64,000 nt of DNA from Histomonas meleagridis 2922-C6/04-290x (lineage: Eukaryota; Protista; Parabasalia), in NCBI GenBank assembly GCA_020184695.1, contig JAANOX010000218.1, positions 124,001-188,000 on the forward strand. Direction: 5' to 3'. This document shows, piece after piece, positions 33,499 through 44,732 of this stretch. A program made the translations under genes and the position numbers. The notes under the pieces were generated by a model that was given only the letters and a program-made list of their open reading frames with translations, had not been told where the DNA came from and did not search any database. How positions within the stretch are numbered: the first letter of the stretch is position 1; each line of letters opens with the position of its first letter.

Positions 33499-34038
33499 AT
33501 GGAAAACGAGGACTCTTTTGACACGACCCTCAAGGTTCTAGCCTTGACGCTTCAAGAAACAGCAACACAAAATGAACTTCTTATTGCCCCTAATTTCACT
33601 TTAACCAGATTCCATACCTTATCTCCACCAAAAATTCCAATTTTGAAATATCTTAGATATCTAAGGTCACGTGCAAATTGCTCAGAACCATGCTTTATAA
33701 TAGCAATGATTCTATTGGATAAACTTTTACAAACGCATACTCACATTTATATTACTCCAAATACAGTTCATAAACTATTTCTGTGTAGTCTTATGACTGC
33801 TGCCAAATTTAATACAGACACATATTACTCGAATTCCGTTTGGGCATCAATCGGCGGAGTTCGGGCAGAAGAAATGAATGTTCTTGAATTAGAATTTTTG
33901 TTTTTATTGCAATTTTCTTTAGTTATCACAAAGGAAGAGTATGAAACCTATGATAAAGAAATCAGATTAAAAGCATTATCTTTATCAAATAATTATGAAC
34001 GCCATAAATTCGAAAATTTACCTGATTTCAAGCCATAG
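33499..34038 (+). CDS. PHO80/P-type cyclin
   Basis: YLRYL...CSEPCFIIAMILLDKL...VHKLFLCSLMTAAKF..D..YSN..WASIGG...EMNVLELEFL. Confidence 0.9.
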   Translation: MENEDSFDTTLKVLALTLQETATQNELLIAPNFTLTRFHTLSPPKIPILKYLRYLRSRANCSEPCFIIAMILLDKLLQTHTHIYITPNTVHKLFLCSLMTAAKFNTDTYYSNSVWASIGGVRAEEMNVLELEFLFLLQFSLVITKEEYETYDKEIRLKALSLSNNYERHKFENLPDFKP

Positions 34039-34233
34039 ATTACATTGTTGTTTTGTAAATATTCGGTTTGTTTCTAAAATATTTTTTTTTTTTGAATATA
34101 TTCATTTTTTATACTGAATAAATTCACAATAAAACCAAGCAAAAAGTAAAATAAGCTATGAGAAAAGCAAAAAGTATATGATTTCCATGACATTTTTTAA
34201 AGGTTTTTCATTGACATTTTTGTATTTCCATCT

Positions 34234-34425
34234 TTGTATTATACAAGCGATTTACCTGTTTTGGATAGACAAATGCAAATTGGTATAATATGTGTACCAA
34301 TAGCTATAGTTCTGATTATTGGAGTTGTAATTTGGTTGTTCAAAATATGTAAAAAAGATAATTTAAACTCGGGAATGAACGAAAGACTTAGTGACTCATT
34401 TGGCTCCGATAGACAGAAGCAATAA
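34234..34425 (+). CDS. Possible small single-pass membrane protein or fragment
   Basis: One clear TM (IGIICVPIAIVLIIGVVIWLF) followed by a basic stop-transfer; start uncertain. Confidence 0.3.
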   Translation: MYYTSDLPVLDRQMQIGIICVPIAIVLIIGVVIWLFKICKKDNLNSGMNERLSDSFGSDRQKQ

Positions 34426-34656
34426 GAACAACATGAAATTTAAAAAACTATAGGAGAAATGGAAAAGGAAGATGATGATCAATGGATGTAATTTAAAGAT
34501 TATTAAATAAAGTACAATTTGTTTTTATTCATATCTTTGATATTTTAATACCATTTATAAATAATGATAAATTAATTTATCAGAAAAAAATATTCCCTAA
34601 AGTCGTGAAGAACCAAATGACATTGCTAAGCTATAAATTTTATTCACACAAATAAG

Positions 34657-35900
34657 TTGAAGAGAATTATTACTTTTATTAAAGAACCTGGACTAAAAAG
34701 CCCAGAAAAAACATGCACAAGCCTTTATATTGGCTTATCAAAATTTGTGTTATACCGAAAAAAAATTATTTGTTTTTTATTGTATTTTCCAATGAATTAC
34801 AACTATATGCACATACCAAAAACACATTTGCAAATGGGAAATGTGGTGCTTATCTCAGTTGGGAAGATAATGAAAAAGATATTTACATATAAAATATTTA
34901 TGAAAACGAAAGACGATCAGTGGGAACTACTTAGTACGCACAAGAATGGGATAGACATAAGAGTTTTAAATATTTATCCATCAGGAAATAAACTTGGAGC
35001 GAATGCGCATTTAGATGAAGCAGTTAAAATTGATAATGTTACAATGAAATTTAATAAAGATCAAACGGAATTCAAATATCCAAAATCAGCTTCTTTAAAA
35101 GTATGGATGGAAGGTGGATTACATTACATTAGTAATGTACCCGATTCTATAGAGCTAATTATTAATGTAACATTAAACTCAGTTGATGAATTTGAAACGT
35201 CAGAAGAAAATTTTATTTATCAATTTGATGTTGTTGTTGGATTTTGGTAAAATAGCGGAGGTTTTTCTATATCAACAGAAAAATCAAAAGGCATTGTAGA
35301 AAGATATATCAAAAATGGATTGGTATTATTGCAGGTCACAATTCAATCACATTAGAAATCCTTGAAGATGGTGAGCCAATAGGCTTAACAGCTATCAGAG
35401 ATTTGTTTGGAATTGGTATCCACCAAAAAGAAGGAAGTTTTGAAAGTGCGCAGTCTTCTGGAGTTGAAGTTCACAAAGAAGGTCTCCTAGCTTAAACTAC
35501 CCTTGGTATCTTACGATAAGTTCGAAGCAACAAATTTACCTTTCTCATACAGCGAAGCAAAATGCCACTGGAGATATTTGATATTTGTTTTCCGATAGTA
35601 ACAGTCAAATATCTGAAACAGAGAATTTTTATCTATCGACGTATGGGAATACAGCAATGATTCAAACGAGACACAGCAATTGTAATGCAACAGAATTTGA
35701 AAGGAGAATCCTTGTTAACACTCTATTTTCTCTTAAGCAAAGGACTTCTGAACACGAGTTTGAAGAACATCGCAATTCGATTGACAAAGCAAATCCAGTG
35801 ATTTGATACAATTTTGGCCAAAAGGATCAATTACACAACCGCAGACCAAACCTCTAAATCCTCTCAATCGATTTTTAAAGGGTAAATTCCGAACGATATA
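34657..35900 (+). pseudogene. Decayed gene of unknown family
   Basis: Protein-like stretches switch frames and are broken by stops (ORFs 34657..35250 and 35585..35806, plus ELQLYAHTKNTFANGKCGAYLSW in another frame). Confidence 0.3.
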
Positions 35901-36194
35901 AAACGATACCACTTTTTTAAAGGAATTATTATTCTATCAATTTGATTTTCAATGAAAATATAAATGACACCTATTTTGAATGAAAATAGAAAATGAAATA
36001 CGGTTTGGCAAAATACAGTCCGATTAAAAAACATTAAAAAAGTGGTGAGTGTCACAATGACTTATTGAATAGGTTTTAAGCATTTCGTTTCTCCAAATTT
36101 AATAATTTCAAATTTTTATTCCAGAATAACTGCAATCTTTCATATCCTGCATAATATATATCATTTTAATGAAAGTTTTCAATGTAATTTATCA

Positions 36195-37933
36195 ATGAAT
36201 TGCAGCAATAATATTTTGAAAAATCCACCAAAGATATTTAATGCATTAATTACTTCTATACATTCAAATATAACTTTGTTCGTATTTATATTTTTTGTTT
36301 TTACTTTCTTTTCCAATATTTATTTTAATGAGAAAAGCATTCATCAAAAAAACGAAGTTATTCTGATTTTAATGATTATATTTTTTGTTAATACAAAGCA
36401 ATCATATGACGAAGAGACAAAAACACTCACAATATCCGATTCCAATGATTATTCAAATGATTATAAGAATGTTACAGAACGTGTTATAATTGTTAATGTT
36501 GGGGAGCTTGAAAGTAATGCATTCAGAGAATGGCCTTTATTAACAACAGTAATAATTGGAGAAACAGTTGGAAATATCGGTAGTGGAGCATTTGCATCAT
36601 GTAAACAATTAGAATATGTCCAATTTCCAGATAAATTAATGAGTGGAATTGGAGGAAGTGCATTTGCAGAATGTATTTCATTAAATAACATTACAATTCA
36701 TTGTAATATAGTGATAATGCATTTTATAAATGTATAGGACTTGAAACAATAACATTATATGAAGGCGTCCGAAATATTGGCGCTGATGCATTCAGAGGAT
36801 GTACAAACATTGTGAATATTTATATACCAAGTTCAGTTACTTCAATTGGGAATGCATTTTTAGAATGTACGAATCTTCAATTTATTAATGTTTCAGAAGA
36901 AAATATTGGATATTCGAATTATGAAAATGATGGGGTTTTATATAATAAAGAAATTACACAAATTATTAGTTATCCGAATATGAAAAGTAAAACATTTACA
37001 ATTCCTAAATCAGTCATTTCTATTATGAATTATGCTTTTGCAAGTTGTAATAATTTAGAAAGAATTTTTATTGATGAAAATGTTGAATATATTAATTCAT
37101 GTGCATTTACTAATTGTACATCACTTCAATGTATTCATTTTAATGGAGAAATTTCACCAGAAATACGAAATGATGCATTTGTTAATATAAATGCGACAAG
37201 AGTTATGACAATAGAAACATATCAAAACGAAACATTTGGAAATATGAACATTACTAAGGGAACAACACTTGACGAATGTCTCCCGCCAACACGCACATTC
37301 ACTGACTCAAATCCATTTACAAAATTAAATACATTTACAATTAGTAATACATTTATCAAATCGAATACATTTACGAAATCAAAAAATAATTTTGATCCAA
37401 ATACTTATGTTGATACATTTTCAATGAATTTTACTTTGGTTAATACTTATACTTTAACTTATTCTTTATCGTTTATGAAAACTATATCAATTTATTATTA
37501 TACGTTCATAAAATCTTATTCAGTTACTTTCATTGAATCCGAAACTAAATATATTTATAGCGATTTCATATATTATAATTATACAATTATATATTATCCA
37601 GAATATTTTACTTATTATTCGAATTTCTTTTATATTTCTTACATCGAAGATGTAATAATAAACACTAATGATAATAATACATTAATTATCATTATAATTG
37701 TTATTGTAATTGTAATAATTATTGTATTTATAATGATATTCATAATATTTATGATTAAATATCAAAATAAGAAGCGGAAACAAAATGAAGAAGAAATGAA
37801 TATTTCAGATGAAAATAATAATAAAATTAATGAAATAGATAATACATTTTCAGTTGGGATTAATAATTCAAATATTGAAGAAGATCCATTTGCAGACGAT
37901 TTCAAAGAAGAAATATTTATAAGTCAGATATAA
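36195..37933 (+). CDS. BspA-like LRR surface protein with a single-base frameshift near 36709
   Basis: TpLRR in both ORFs. The intervening sequence reads SDNAFYKCIGLETITL...IGADAFRGC in the downstream frame. TM and DPFADDF tail. Confidence 0.75.
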
Positions 37934-38199
37934 ATAAACATATTTTATGAACAAAATATTTTAATTTGTTTATTTTTTTTTTTATAAATACAAACATTTT
38001 TGTTATTTAGCAAATTTTATGTTTCTTCTATTATATGATTGTTATAGTAAATCCAATTTATCCAAATCATAAACACTAAAAGTAAATGATAAATTATATT
38101 AAAGAAAAAATTGGATATTATGGTAAAAATGCATTATTTTTTTAAAAATCAAAAGAAAGATATTTCAATTTCAAATAAGTGTTGGTCTTGAGTAGTTCT

Positions 38200-38559
38200 A
38201 TGAATGTTAACTTACAAATATTTAACTTGAACGTTACTAATGATATTAATGACACAAATGATAACAAAATTTTCATTGTAAAAGATAATAATAGTATTTT
38301 AATATCGTCAAACGGATTATTACCTTCAAGTACAAATACTTCAACTTCGGCTACTGGTGATGAAGATAATAGTCATTCGTTGGGAACTGGACCAATTGTG
38401 GGTATAGTAATTGCATGCGTTTTGGTGGTTGTCGGCGTTGTGTTATTGGTTATCTTCATGGTGAAGCGTAATAAGAGGAACCAGTTCACTAGAGATGATA
38501 GACAAAAGAAGGAAGCGAAATACAATATAGAAGGCTCTGGTGATGATGTATTTGTCTAG
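38200..38559 (+). CDS. Small single-pass membrane protein
   Basis: Ser/Thr/Asn ectodomain, TM GPIVGIVIACVLVVVGVVLLVIFMV, then KRNKR. Confidence 0.5.
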   Translation: MNVNLQIFNLNVTNDINDTNDNKIFIVKDNNSILISSNGLLPSSTNTSTSATGDEDNSHSLGTGPIVGIVIACVLVVVGVVLLVIFMVKRNKRNQFTRDDRQKKEAKYNIEGSGDDVFV

Positions 38560-38671
38560 ACAATAAAAATTTAATCTTTTCCCAAATATTATCGTCTTAA
38601 TATGGCAAAAGTATTGATAAAAATTAAATATTTTCAATGATTTAATCAAACACATTTCCCGAAAGGACCAC

Positions 38672-40051
38672 TTATCTCCTTTTCTTTGGTGGATTTTGCC
38701 TCTTTTTAATTTCTTCGCAAATTTTCTTCATTCCTAACTCCTGAAATGTTTCTCTAATCTCTTCACTTTTGATTACAAATCCGAGTTTTTTCAGGTTTCT
38801 TGATAAATCCAATGCATTCTTTGAGTTTTTAATTGTAATTTCCCATTGTTTGCCTTTTATTGCATTTGCAATCTTATTCAACAAAATATCCCTTTCTGAT
38901 AATGGTGGCGGTGGTTCTTTCACTGGCTCTGGTGTATTTAGTCTTGCACCTTCAGATATAAATCTTGTAAATGAACTAAGTGTCAAATCACCACCAAATT
39001 CTTCAACGAGAGATTCTATAACCACTGGGTTTAGTTCTGTTTTTGCATCATTGATCATTCCTCGATAAATATCTTCCCAAGTTAATCGATCTCCACCTCT
39101 CCAACTTCCATAACAATCTCGAAGAGACCTGAACTTAGAATTAACAAAGTGGGAAATAAGAGAAATTGTTTCATCTGGGTTATAATCAACACAGTCTTTT
39201 GTTCCTTCGAGATTTAAAGCAGCGCTCGGAGCTTGCGATGCGGCGGTTAGTTTCACTTTTTCACCGAAAATTGACGGGTCAAGATTCCTTGGGCTCCTTT
39301 CGAGCTGGACCTTACTTGATGTAGGCTTTTCGCCAAAGATAGTTGAATCTAGAGCATGACGGGCGCCATTTTGGCGCGGAGATTCGTGGTCAATGTGGTT
39401 ATCATTACGTGCATTATTTCCAAAGATGGCAGGATCAAGCATTCGACGAGATCCAGAAACAGGAGGCGATTTGTTGCTTCTAGAAGTATTGAGTGTTTCA
39501 TCTATAGGCGGTTGATACATTTCACTAGGGGAAAAATCATTTCCTGAAATTGATAACTCATATAATAACTTAAAATAATTGATCTTCCCATCACTGGTTG
39601 GGTCAGATTTATTAAGGATTGAAAACAAATCAGATGATTTGGAAATAACTTTGTTATTTAAGCAAAAATTTGTAACTTGTTGCTGAGTGACAAACCCTTT
39701 GGCATCAGGATCAAGTGTTAAACAGAAATCAATTAACTTACGTCGTAATGCATACAAGAGTCTTGTTGGTGAAGGTGTTGTTGAAGATTTTGTTGAATCA
39801 ACTTTATCATTCTGTAAAAATTGAATAAAATCCATGTACTGCATTTCTTTACCTTGTACGCCAAAAGCATCCCATATCATTTGAGCATCATCTGGATTTC
39901 TTGTAATTTTATATTCGATTAATTTTCTACAAAATAATTCAAACATCATTGGTGCTCCTCCAGTGAAGTGGCCCCATCTTTTTCTGTTGTTGTCTGCTAA
40001 GTCAAGGAGTTTTTTCCTTGTAAGCGTTTGAAGTAATACAGTTTTGTTCAT
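38672..40051 (-). CDS. EF-hand-containing protein
   Basis: LDPDAKGFVTQQQV and DPTSDGKINYFKL loops; three LD(P/S)xIFG repeats. Confidence 0.65.
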   Translation of the reverse strand: MNKTVLLQTLTRKKLLDLADNNRKRWGHFTGGAPMMFELFCRKLIEYKITRNPDDAQMIWDAFGVQGKEMQYMDFIQFLQNDKVDSTKSSTTPSPTRLLYALRRKLIDFCLTLDPDAKGFVTQQQVTNFCLNNKVISKSSDLFSILNKSDPTSDGKINYFKLLYELSISGNDFSPSEMYQPPIDETLNTSRSNKSPPVSGSRRMLDPAIFGNNARNDNHIDHESPRQNGARHALDSTIFGEKPTSSKVQLERSPRNLDPSIFGEKVKLTAASQAPSAALNLEGTKDCVDYNPDETISLISHFVNSKFRSLRDCYGSWRGGDRLTWEDIYRGMINDAKTELNPVVIESLVEEFGGDLTLSSFTRFISEGARLNTPEPVKEPPPPLSERDILLNKIANAIKGKQWEITIKNSKNALDLSRNLKKLGFVIKSEEIRETFQELGMKKICEEIKKRQNPPKKRR

Positions 40052-40105
40052 TTTAATACATAGGCCGTTATTAATTCAAATTCTTAAGTAAAAATAACTT
40101 TTTGA

Positions 40106-40774
40106 ATGAAAACGGTTTGCCAAAAATGTACGTTAATCAATTTTGAAGAAATGGAAGAAACAGATGTATTAAAGAATGAAATATTTCGACAATTAAATGA
40201 TGGAGAAGAAATAACAACAACTTTATATAGAAGAGAAAAAACGAAAAGTGGCCATACACAATTTTACATTTACAATGATAAAACAGATAGATTAATTATT
40301 TCTGCTCAACTTCATGAATCTAACAATATACACTTTGATATTTCAATTAGTTCCACTAATTTCGGTGAGGAATCTCCTTATTATATAGGTTTTTTGGAAT
40401 TAAAAAAGAATGAGAGTACTTACAATGCAACAATTAAAGGAAACGAAGCTACCTTTGGAATTCATTATCTAAGATATTTTGAAAAGAAAACTATAGGAAG
40501 ACAAATGAAACTTACATCTTCAGTCGAAAATAACCCTTTTGGAGAAATTGTTCAAGTCGACTTCAGAGAAAATGCAAAAACAAAATTCCAAGAAGAAGCG
40601 GAAAAATTTGAACTCTCTGAGAAAAGTTTTTTCCTAACATTTAACAATAAACATTGTTTCTCATTTGCAAAAGTGGAAAAAGATGAATTTCATTTTTCAG
40701 TTTCACATCCTCTGAACATATTCCAAGGATTTTGTATTGCATTATCAACATTCAATAAAGTTAAAAATGAATAA
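40106..40774 (+). CDS. Tubby C-terminal domain protein
   Basis: C-terminal FAKVEKDEFHFSVSHPLNIFQGFCIALSTF matches the Tubby helix motif. Confidence 0.8.
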   Translation: MKTVCQKCTLINFEEMEETDVLKNEIFRQLNDGEEITTTLYRREKTKSGHTQFYIYNDKTDRLIISAQLHESNNIHFDISISSTNFGEESPYYIGFLELKKNESTYNATIKGNEATFGIHYLRYFEKKTIGRQMKLTSSVENNPFGEIVQVDFRENAKTKFQEEAEKFELSEKSFFLTFNNKHCFSFAKVEKDEFHFSVSHPLNIFQGFCIALSTFNKVKNE

Positions 40775-40960
40775 ATTATATTTGTTTTACGTTTTTGATT
40801 TTTTTAAAATGCTTATCAAAAAATATTCATAACTCTTATTTACTTGTGTAAGATGTTTAGATCCTTTTAGAGTTTTTATGTACTTCAAAAAATATATGAA
40901 ACAATATATTTTGGTTTGAAAAAAAATGTTTAACACTAAAAATACGTTAAGAAATTTTAA

Positions 40961-43561
40961 ATGAGCACAGAGCAAAATCAGAATTATGATACTATCCAGC
41001 AACTTACAGATTTTAGTAAAACTATGGTTGCTGAAATTCAATGCGATCTTCATGAGATAAATCAAGAAATTCCAAAAGATTCTCCATTAGTAAAATTTCG
41101 AAGTGAATATTTAAAACTCTATGGGATCATACAAAAATCGTTATCTAATCAAGCAAGATACATTAAAAAATGTCGTGCTTTAGAATCTGAAATATTGGGA
41201 AATAAAGCTAAGGTTCGTACAGCCACGAAATTAGCCGAAGAAGATGTTCATTCAATAACCAAGCTCAATGATGAAAGAATTGATAAGGTAATGAGTTTAA
41301 ACATGTCACGATCAATTTTAGAATCTTCGATTGAAGAAAACAACTTAATAACATCAAAAATTGCTAACATCGAAAACGAATTTGAGCAATGTACCGTCAA
41401 TGAAAGAACTGAGAAAGATCTTATCCAACAACTTAAAGAACGACATGAAGAACTTACTCGTGAATATGATAATTTAGAGTCTCAAATCCCACTTCTTGAA
41501 GAAGCTGTTAGAGTTTCTAACGAAAAACTCGATAAAAAAGACAAAGAACTTGAAGATTTAATTGCTGAACTTCAACGTCTTGATGAATTAGTTGAAGCGA
41601 AATTACGCGAAGGTCAAAACGAGCAACAACATATTTATGAACTCGAACTTGAACGGGATTCAACTAAATCAAGATTAAAAGACACCAAAGAACAACTCAA
41701 AGAACGAAGTAAAGCTGTGAAACAACAAATAGAACTTGCTCGTCAGCTTGAATACAAGCTTCATGAGCAAACTCGATATTATGAAAGTCTTAAATCTGAA
41801 AAATTGGCTAACGAAGATCAACTTCAACATGTTCAACAAGAAATCAAAGATTTAAATCATTCCATTGTTCGTATTACAAAGGATATTAATGAAACCAACA
41901 AAGTTTTAGAAGATAGAAATAATATAATTGATAAACTTAAATCACAAATTGAAGACCAAGAAAAAGAGAAAGAACAAATACAACAAAAAACTAATGAATA
42001 TATTGAGAATTATGAAACTATTCGTAAAGAATGTGATAATCTTCGAATTAATTTAGGCGCTTTTGAGATGGAAATTGAGTCTTTAAAACTTGAAGGAAAT
42101 TTCTTAAAGAAACAAATAGAAACATCAACAAGATCACAAAATAAAACATTAAAACAAAAAGAAGATCAACTTCAAAAGAAAACAGAAGCAGATTTTTTAC
42201 TTGAACTTAATAAAAGTCAAACGCAAAACATTGGAAATGAAATAAATACTCTTAAAAATAGATTACAAGATATCCAACAAAAAATTTTAGACGCAGAAAG
42301 AGAAAGAGAAAAATATGGAACAGAATTATCAAATGTAACTTCACAATATCTTTATGCACAAGATATAATCAAAGAAATCGATTCCAAAGTTAATAAAAAA
42401 GAATTAGAAACAACTTCTGCAGAAAAGAAAATCAAAAAACAACAATCGTTATATGAATATGTTCGAAAAGAACGTGAAATTGCATCGAAGAAAGTTAAAG
42501 AATTACAATCACAAATATATCAACTTCAACATTCATTTCAAAGAATGAAATATGAAATTGAACAAAGTAAAACTGAAATTAGAAGAAAAGATAAAGAGCG
42601 AATTTATGATTCTCATGAATTAGAATCAGTAAAACTTGATGAAAACCATATTAGAGAAAAGCTTTGTGAGATACAAATTGAAATAGCAACTGCACAAAGA
42701 GCAATTTCTGCTCATGAATGTGAATTAGCTAAACTTAATCAAACAATAACAGATGCAAAAAATCAATTAAAAATTCATCAACATAAAACAGACGAAGTTA
42801 AGAAAGAAAAAGATATCATGACAACGCAAAATGTTGAACGTGAAAAAGAACTAAAAATGATGGCAGAAAAATTAATCGTAATCAAAAACCAATGTAAAAA
42901 TGGAGAAATAGAATATGATGCCAAAGAAAATGAAATCGAAAAAATTCAACTTCAAATCGAGCACGATCAAAAGACGATCAAAAAGTTATCGAAAATTGAC
43001 GATCAATTAAAAGAAAAAGTGGCGCAAATTCAATCGATGGAAAGTGAACTGATAACTCTCAAAACTCAAAGAGTTGCAATGGAAGAAGAATTAAAAATTC
43101 CAATGAATATCCATAGATGGAATATGTTAGAAAGTGTTGACCCACAACGATTTGAAAAACTTAAAAGATATCAAGAATTACAAGAAGAAATCGTATCTTT
43201 AATTAAAGAAGTTAATGAAATTCAAATACAAATAAAAGAAAAAGAAAAATTATTTAATGAAATGTCTCTTAGATTGAAGAGAAAAAATGAAATCGAATAC
43301 GAAAAAACTAAAAATCAAAGGTATAAAGAAAATATAAAAGTTGAAAATTATAGTTTGGATCAAATAAATTCTCAATTGGAAGTATATAGAGAAGCAGTGA
43401 AAACTTATAAAAAAGATTTGTCTGAAATGCAAATGCAGATTAACTCTCAAAGAAATAAATGGTTAAAACAAAAAAGAAAAGATATAAAACAAAAACAAAT
43501 GTTGAAAGAACAACAAAATGTTTTGGATGAACTCGGGATTTCTATCAATTTAAATGAATAA
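40961..43561 (+). CDS. Cilia/flagella-associated protein 58-like coiled-coil protein
   Basis: 866-aa coiled coil containing EEELKIPMNIHRWNMLESVDP, the CFAP58 signature region. Confidence 0.75.
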   Translation: MSTEQNQNYDTIQQLTDFSKTMVAEIQCDLHEINQEIPKDSPLVKFRSEYLKLYGIIQKSLSNQARYIKKCRALESEILGNKAKVRTATKLAEEDVHSITKLNDERIDKVMSLNMSRSILESSIEENNLITSKIANIENEFEQCTVNERTEKDLIQQLKERHEELTREYDNLESQIPLLEEAVRVSNEKLDKKDKELEDLIAELQRLDELVEAKLREGQNEQQHIYELELERDSTKSRLKDTKEQLKERSKAVKQQIELARQLEYKLHEQTRYYESLKSEKLANEDQLQHVQQEIKDLNHSIVRITKDINETNKVLEDRNNIIDKLKSQIEDQEKEKEQIQQKTNEYIENYETIRKECDNLRINLGAFEMEIESLKLEGNFLKKQIETSTRSQNKTLKQKEDQLQKKTEADFLLELNKSQTQNIGNEINTLKNRLQDIQQKILDAEREREKYGTELSNVTSQYLYAQDIIKEIDSKVNKKELETTSAEKKIKKQQSLYEYVRKEREIASKKVKELQSQIYQLQHSFQRMKYEIEQSKTEIRRKDKERIYDSHELESVKLDENHIREKLCEIQIEIATAQRAISAHECELAKLNQTITDAKNQLKIHQHKTDEVKKEKDIMTTQNVEREKELKMMAEKLIVIKNQCKNGEIEYDAKENEIEKIQLQIEHDQKTIKKLSKIDDQLKEKVAQIQSMESELITLKTQRVAMEEELKIPMNIHRWNMLESVDPQRFEKLKRYQELQEEIVSLIKEVNEIQIQIKEKEKLFNEMSLRLKRKNEIEYEKTKNQRYKENIKVENYSLDQINSQLEVYREAVKTYKKDLSEMQMQINSQRNKWLKQKRKDIKQKQMLKEQQNVLDELGISINLNE

Positions 43562-43596
43562 ATGTTTGTTTAAATATGTTTTGTATGAAATTAAGA

Positions 43597-43860
43597 TTAG
43601 AGAGAGATAAAAACATTTTGAGATGCTAAAATAAGTGCAGTCGTAAATAATTTCAAAAAACTTCATATTTGATTTTAGAACGTCATGTGATTAAAAGAAA
43701 TTTTAAACAAAACAAACAAATAATTCGAGGTTTTCTATTCTTTTCTTTAGTTTGATTTATATAATATTTTGTGCGCTGACAGGTATATAATTTAAATAAA
43801 CATCAAATCATTAAAACTTAATTTTAGCACTTACATCAATTCCTTCTTTTTCAAGAATAT
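43597..43860 (-). pseudogene. Ankyrin-repeat gene remnant
   Basis: Minus strand reads ILEKEGIDVSAK near 43860-43825 and LFTTALILASQN* near 43650-43597, separated by AT-rich insert-like sequence. Confidence 0.45.
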
Positions 43861-44732
43861 AAAATTAAAATAATTGGAATACTTTTGATTCATAATCTTA
43901 TGGTGTTAAAGGCGAATAAATTGGGCAAAAAAATATCCCGAATTAGTAACATTAATAATAATAATAATAGAAAATATTTTGGTGAAATTGGTTTGCAGTT
44001 TCGATTACGCATTAAATGATGAATTATTTTAATCACATATATTAACATTTTCTAAATTTCCTCCCACATTAGTATATTTTAAGCGTTTCCCACATTCTCA
44101 TAATTTAATAATCAATATTTAAAACATTGAATCCAAAAATCAATTAACGAAACATTTTCTTTTTGGTTAGAAATAAAAGAATAGTTTTCATTATGAGTGA
44201 TCAAATTAACTGATTAAAATCAATATCATATTGTATTGAATTTTCTTGTAATTATTCGATTTTATTATTTAAAAGTATTTCTAATATTTGATTTTCATTT
44301 TTACTCACACAATACGCAAGTTTCGTTGGTATCATTTTATACTTATTCATTTATTTATTGTAATACTTCAAGTAATTCCTAAAAATTTAAATTTTTTATA
44401 TTTGCAAATTCTGATTTTATTTCAAAAACACAAAACAAACTGAGTTAAATAAAATTAATTAAATAAAGGAAACTCAAATCAACTTCAATATTTTCTGAAA
44501 TGTGTTTGGCTGTTAACTCAAGATTATTTCCACCTAATTCACTAACAATTTCTCAATTGTAATGATATTATCTGGTTCTATATTTGGTGGATGTGAAATT
44601 TCCGTTAGGATTAAAAAGTGGCTTTGCTCAAATATTTGAACCGTTTAAATACGTTATAAAATTTGTGATTGTGATAAACGGTTGCTTTAAAACGTTAAGT
44701 CACTTAATCCAAATATTAAACTTTATGATAAT

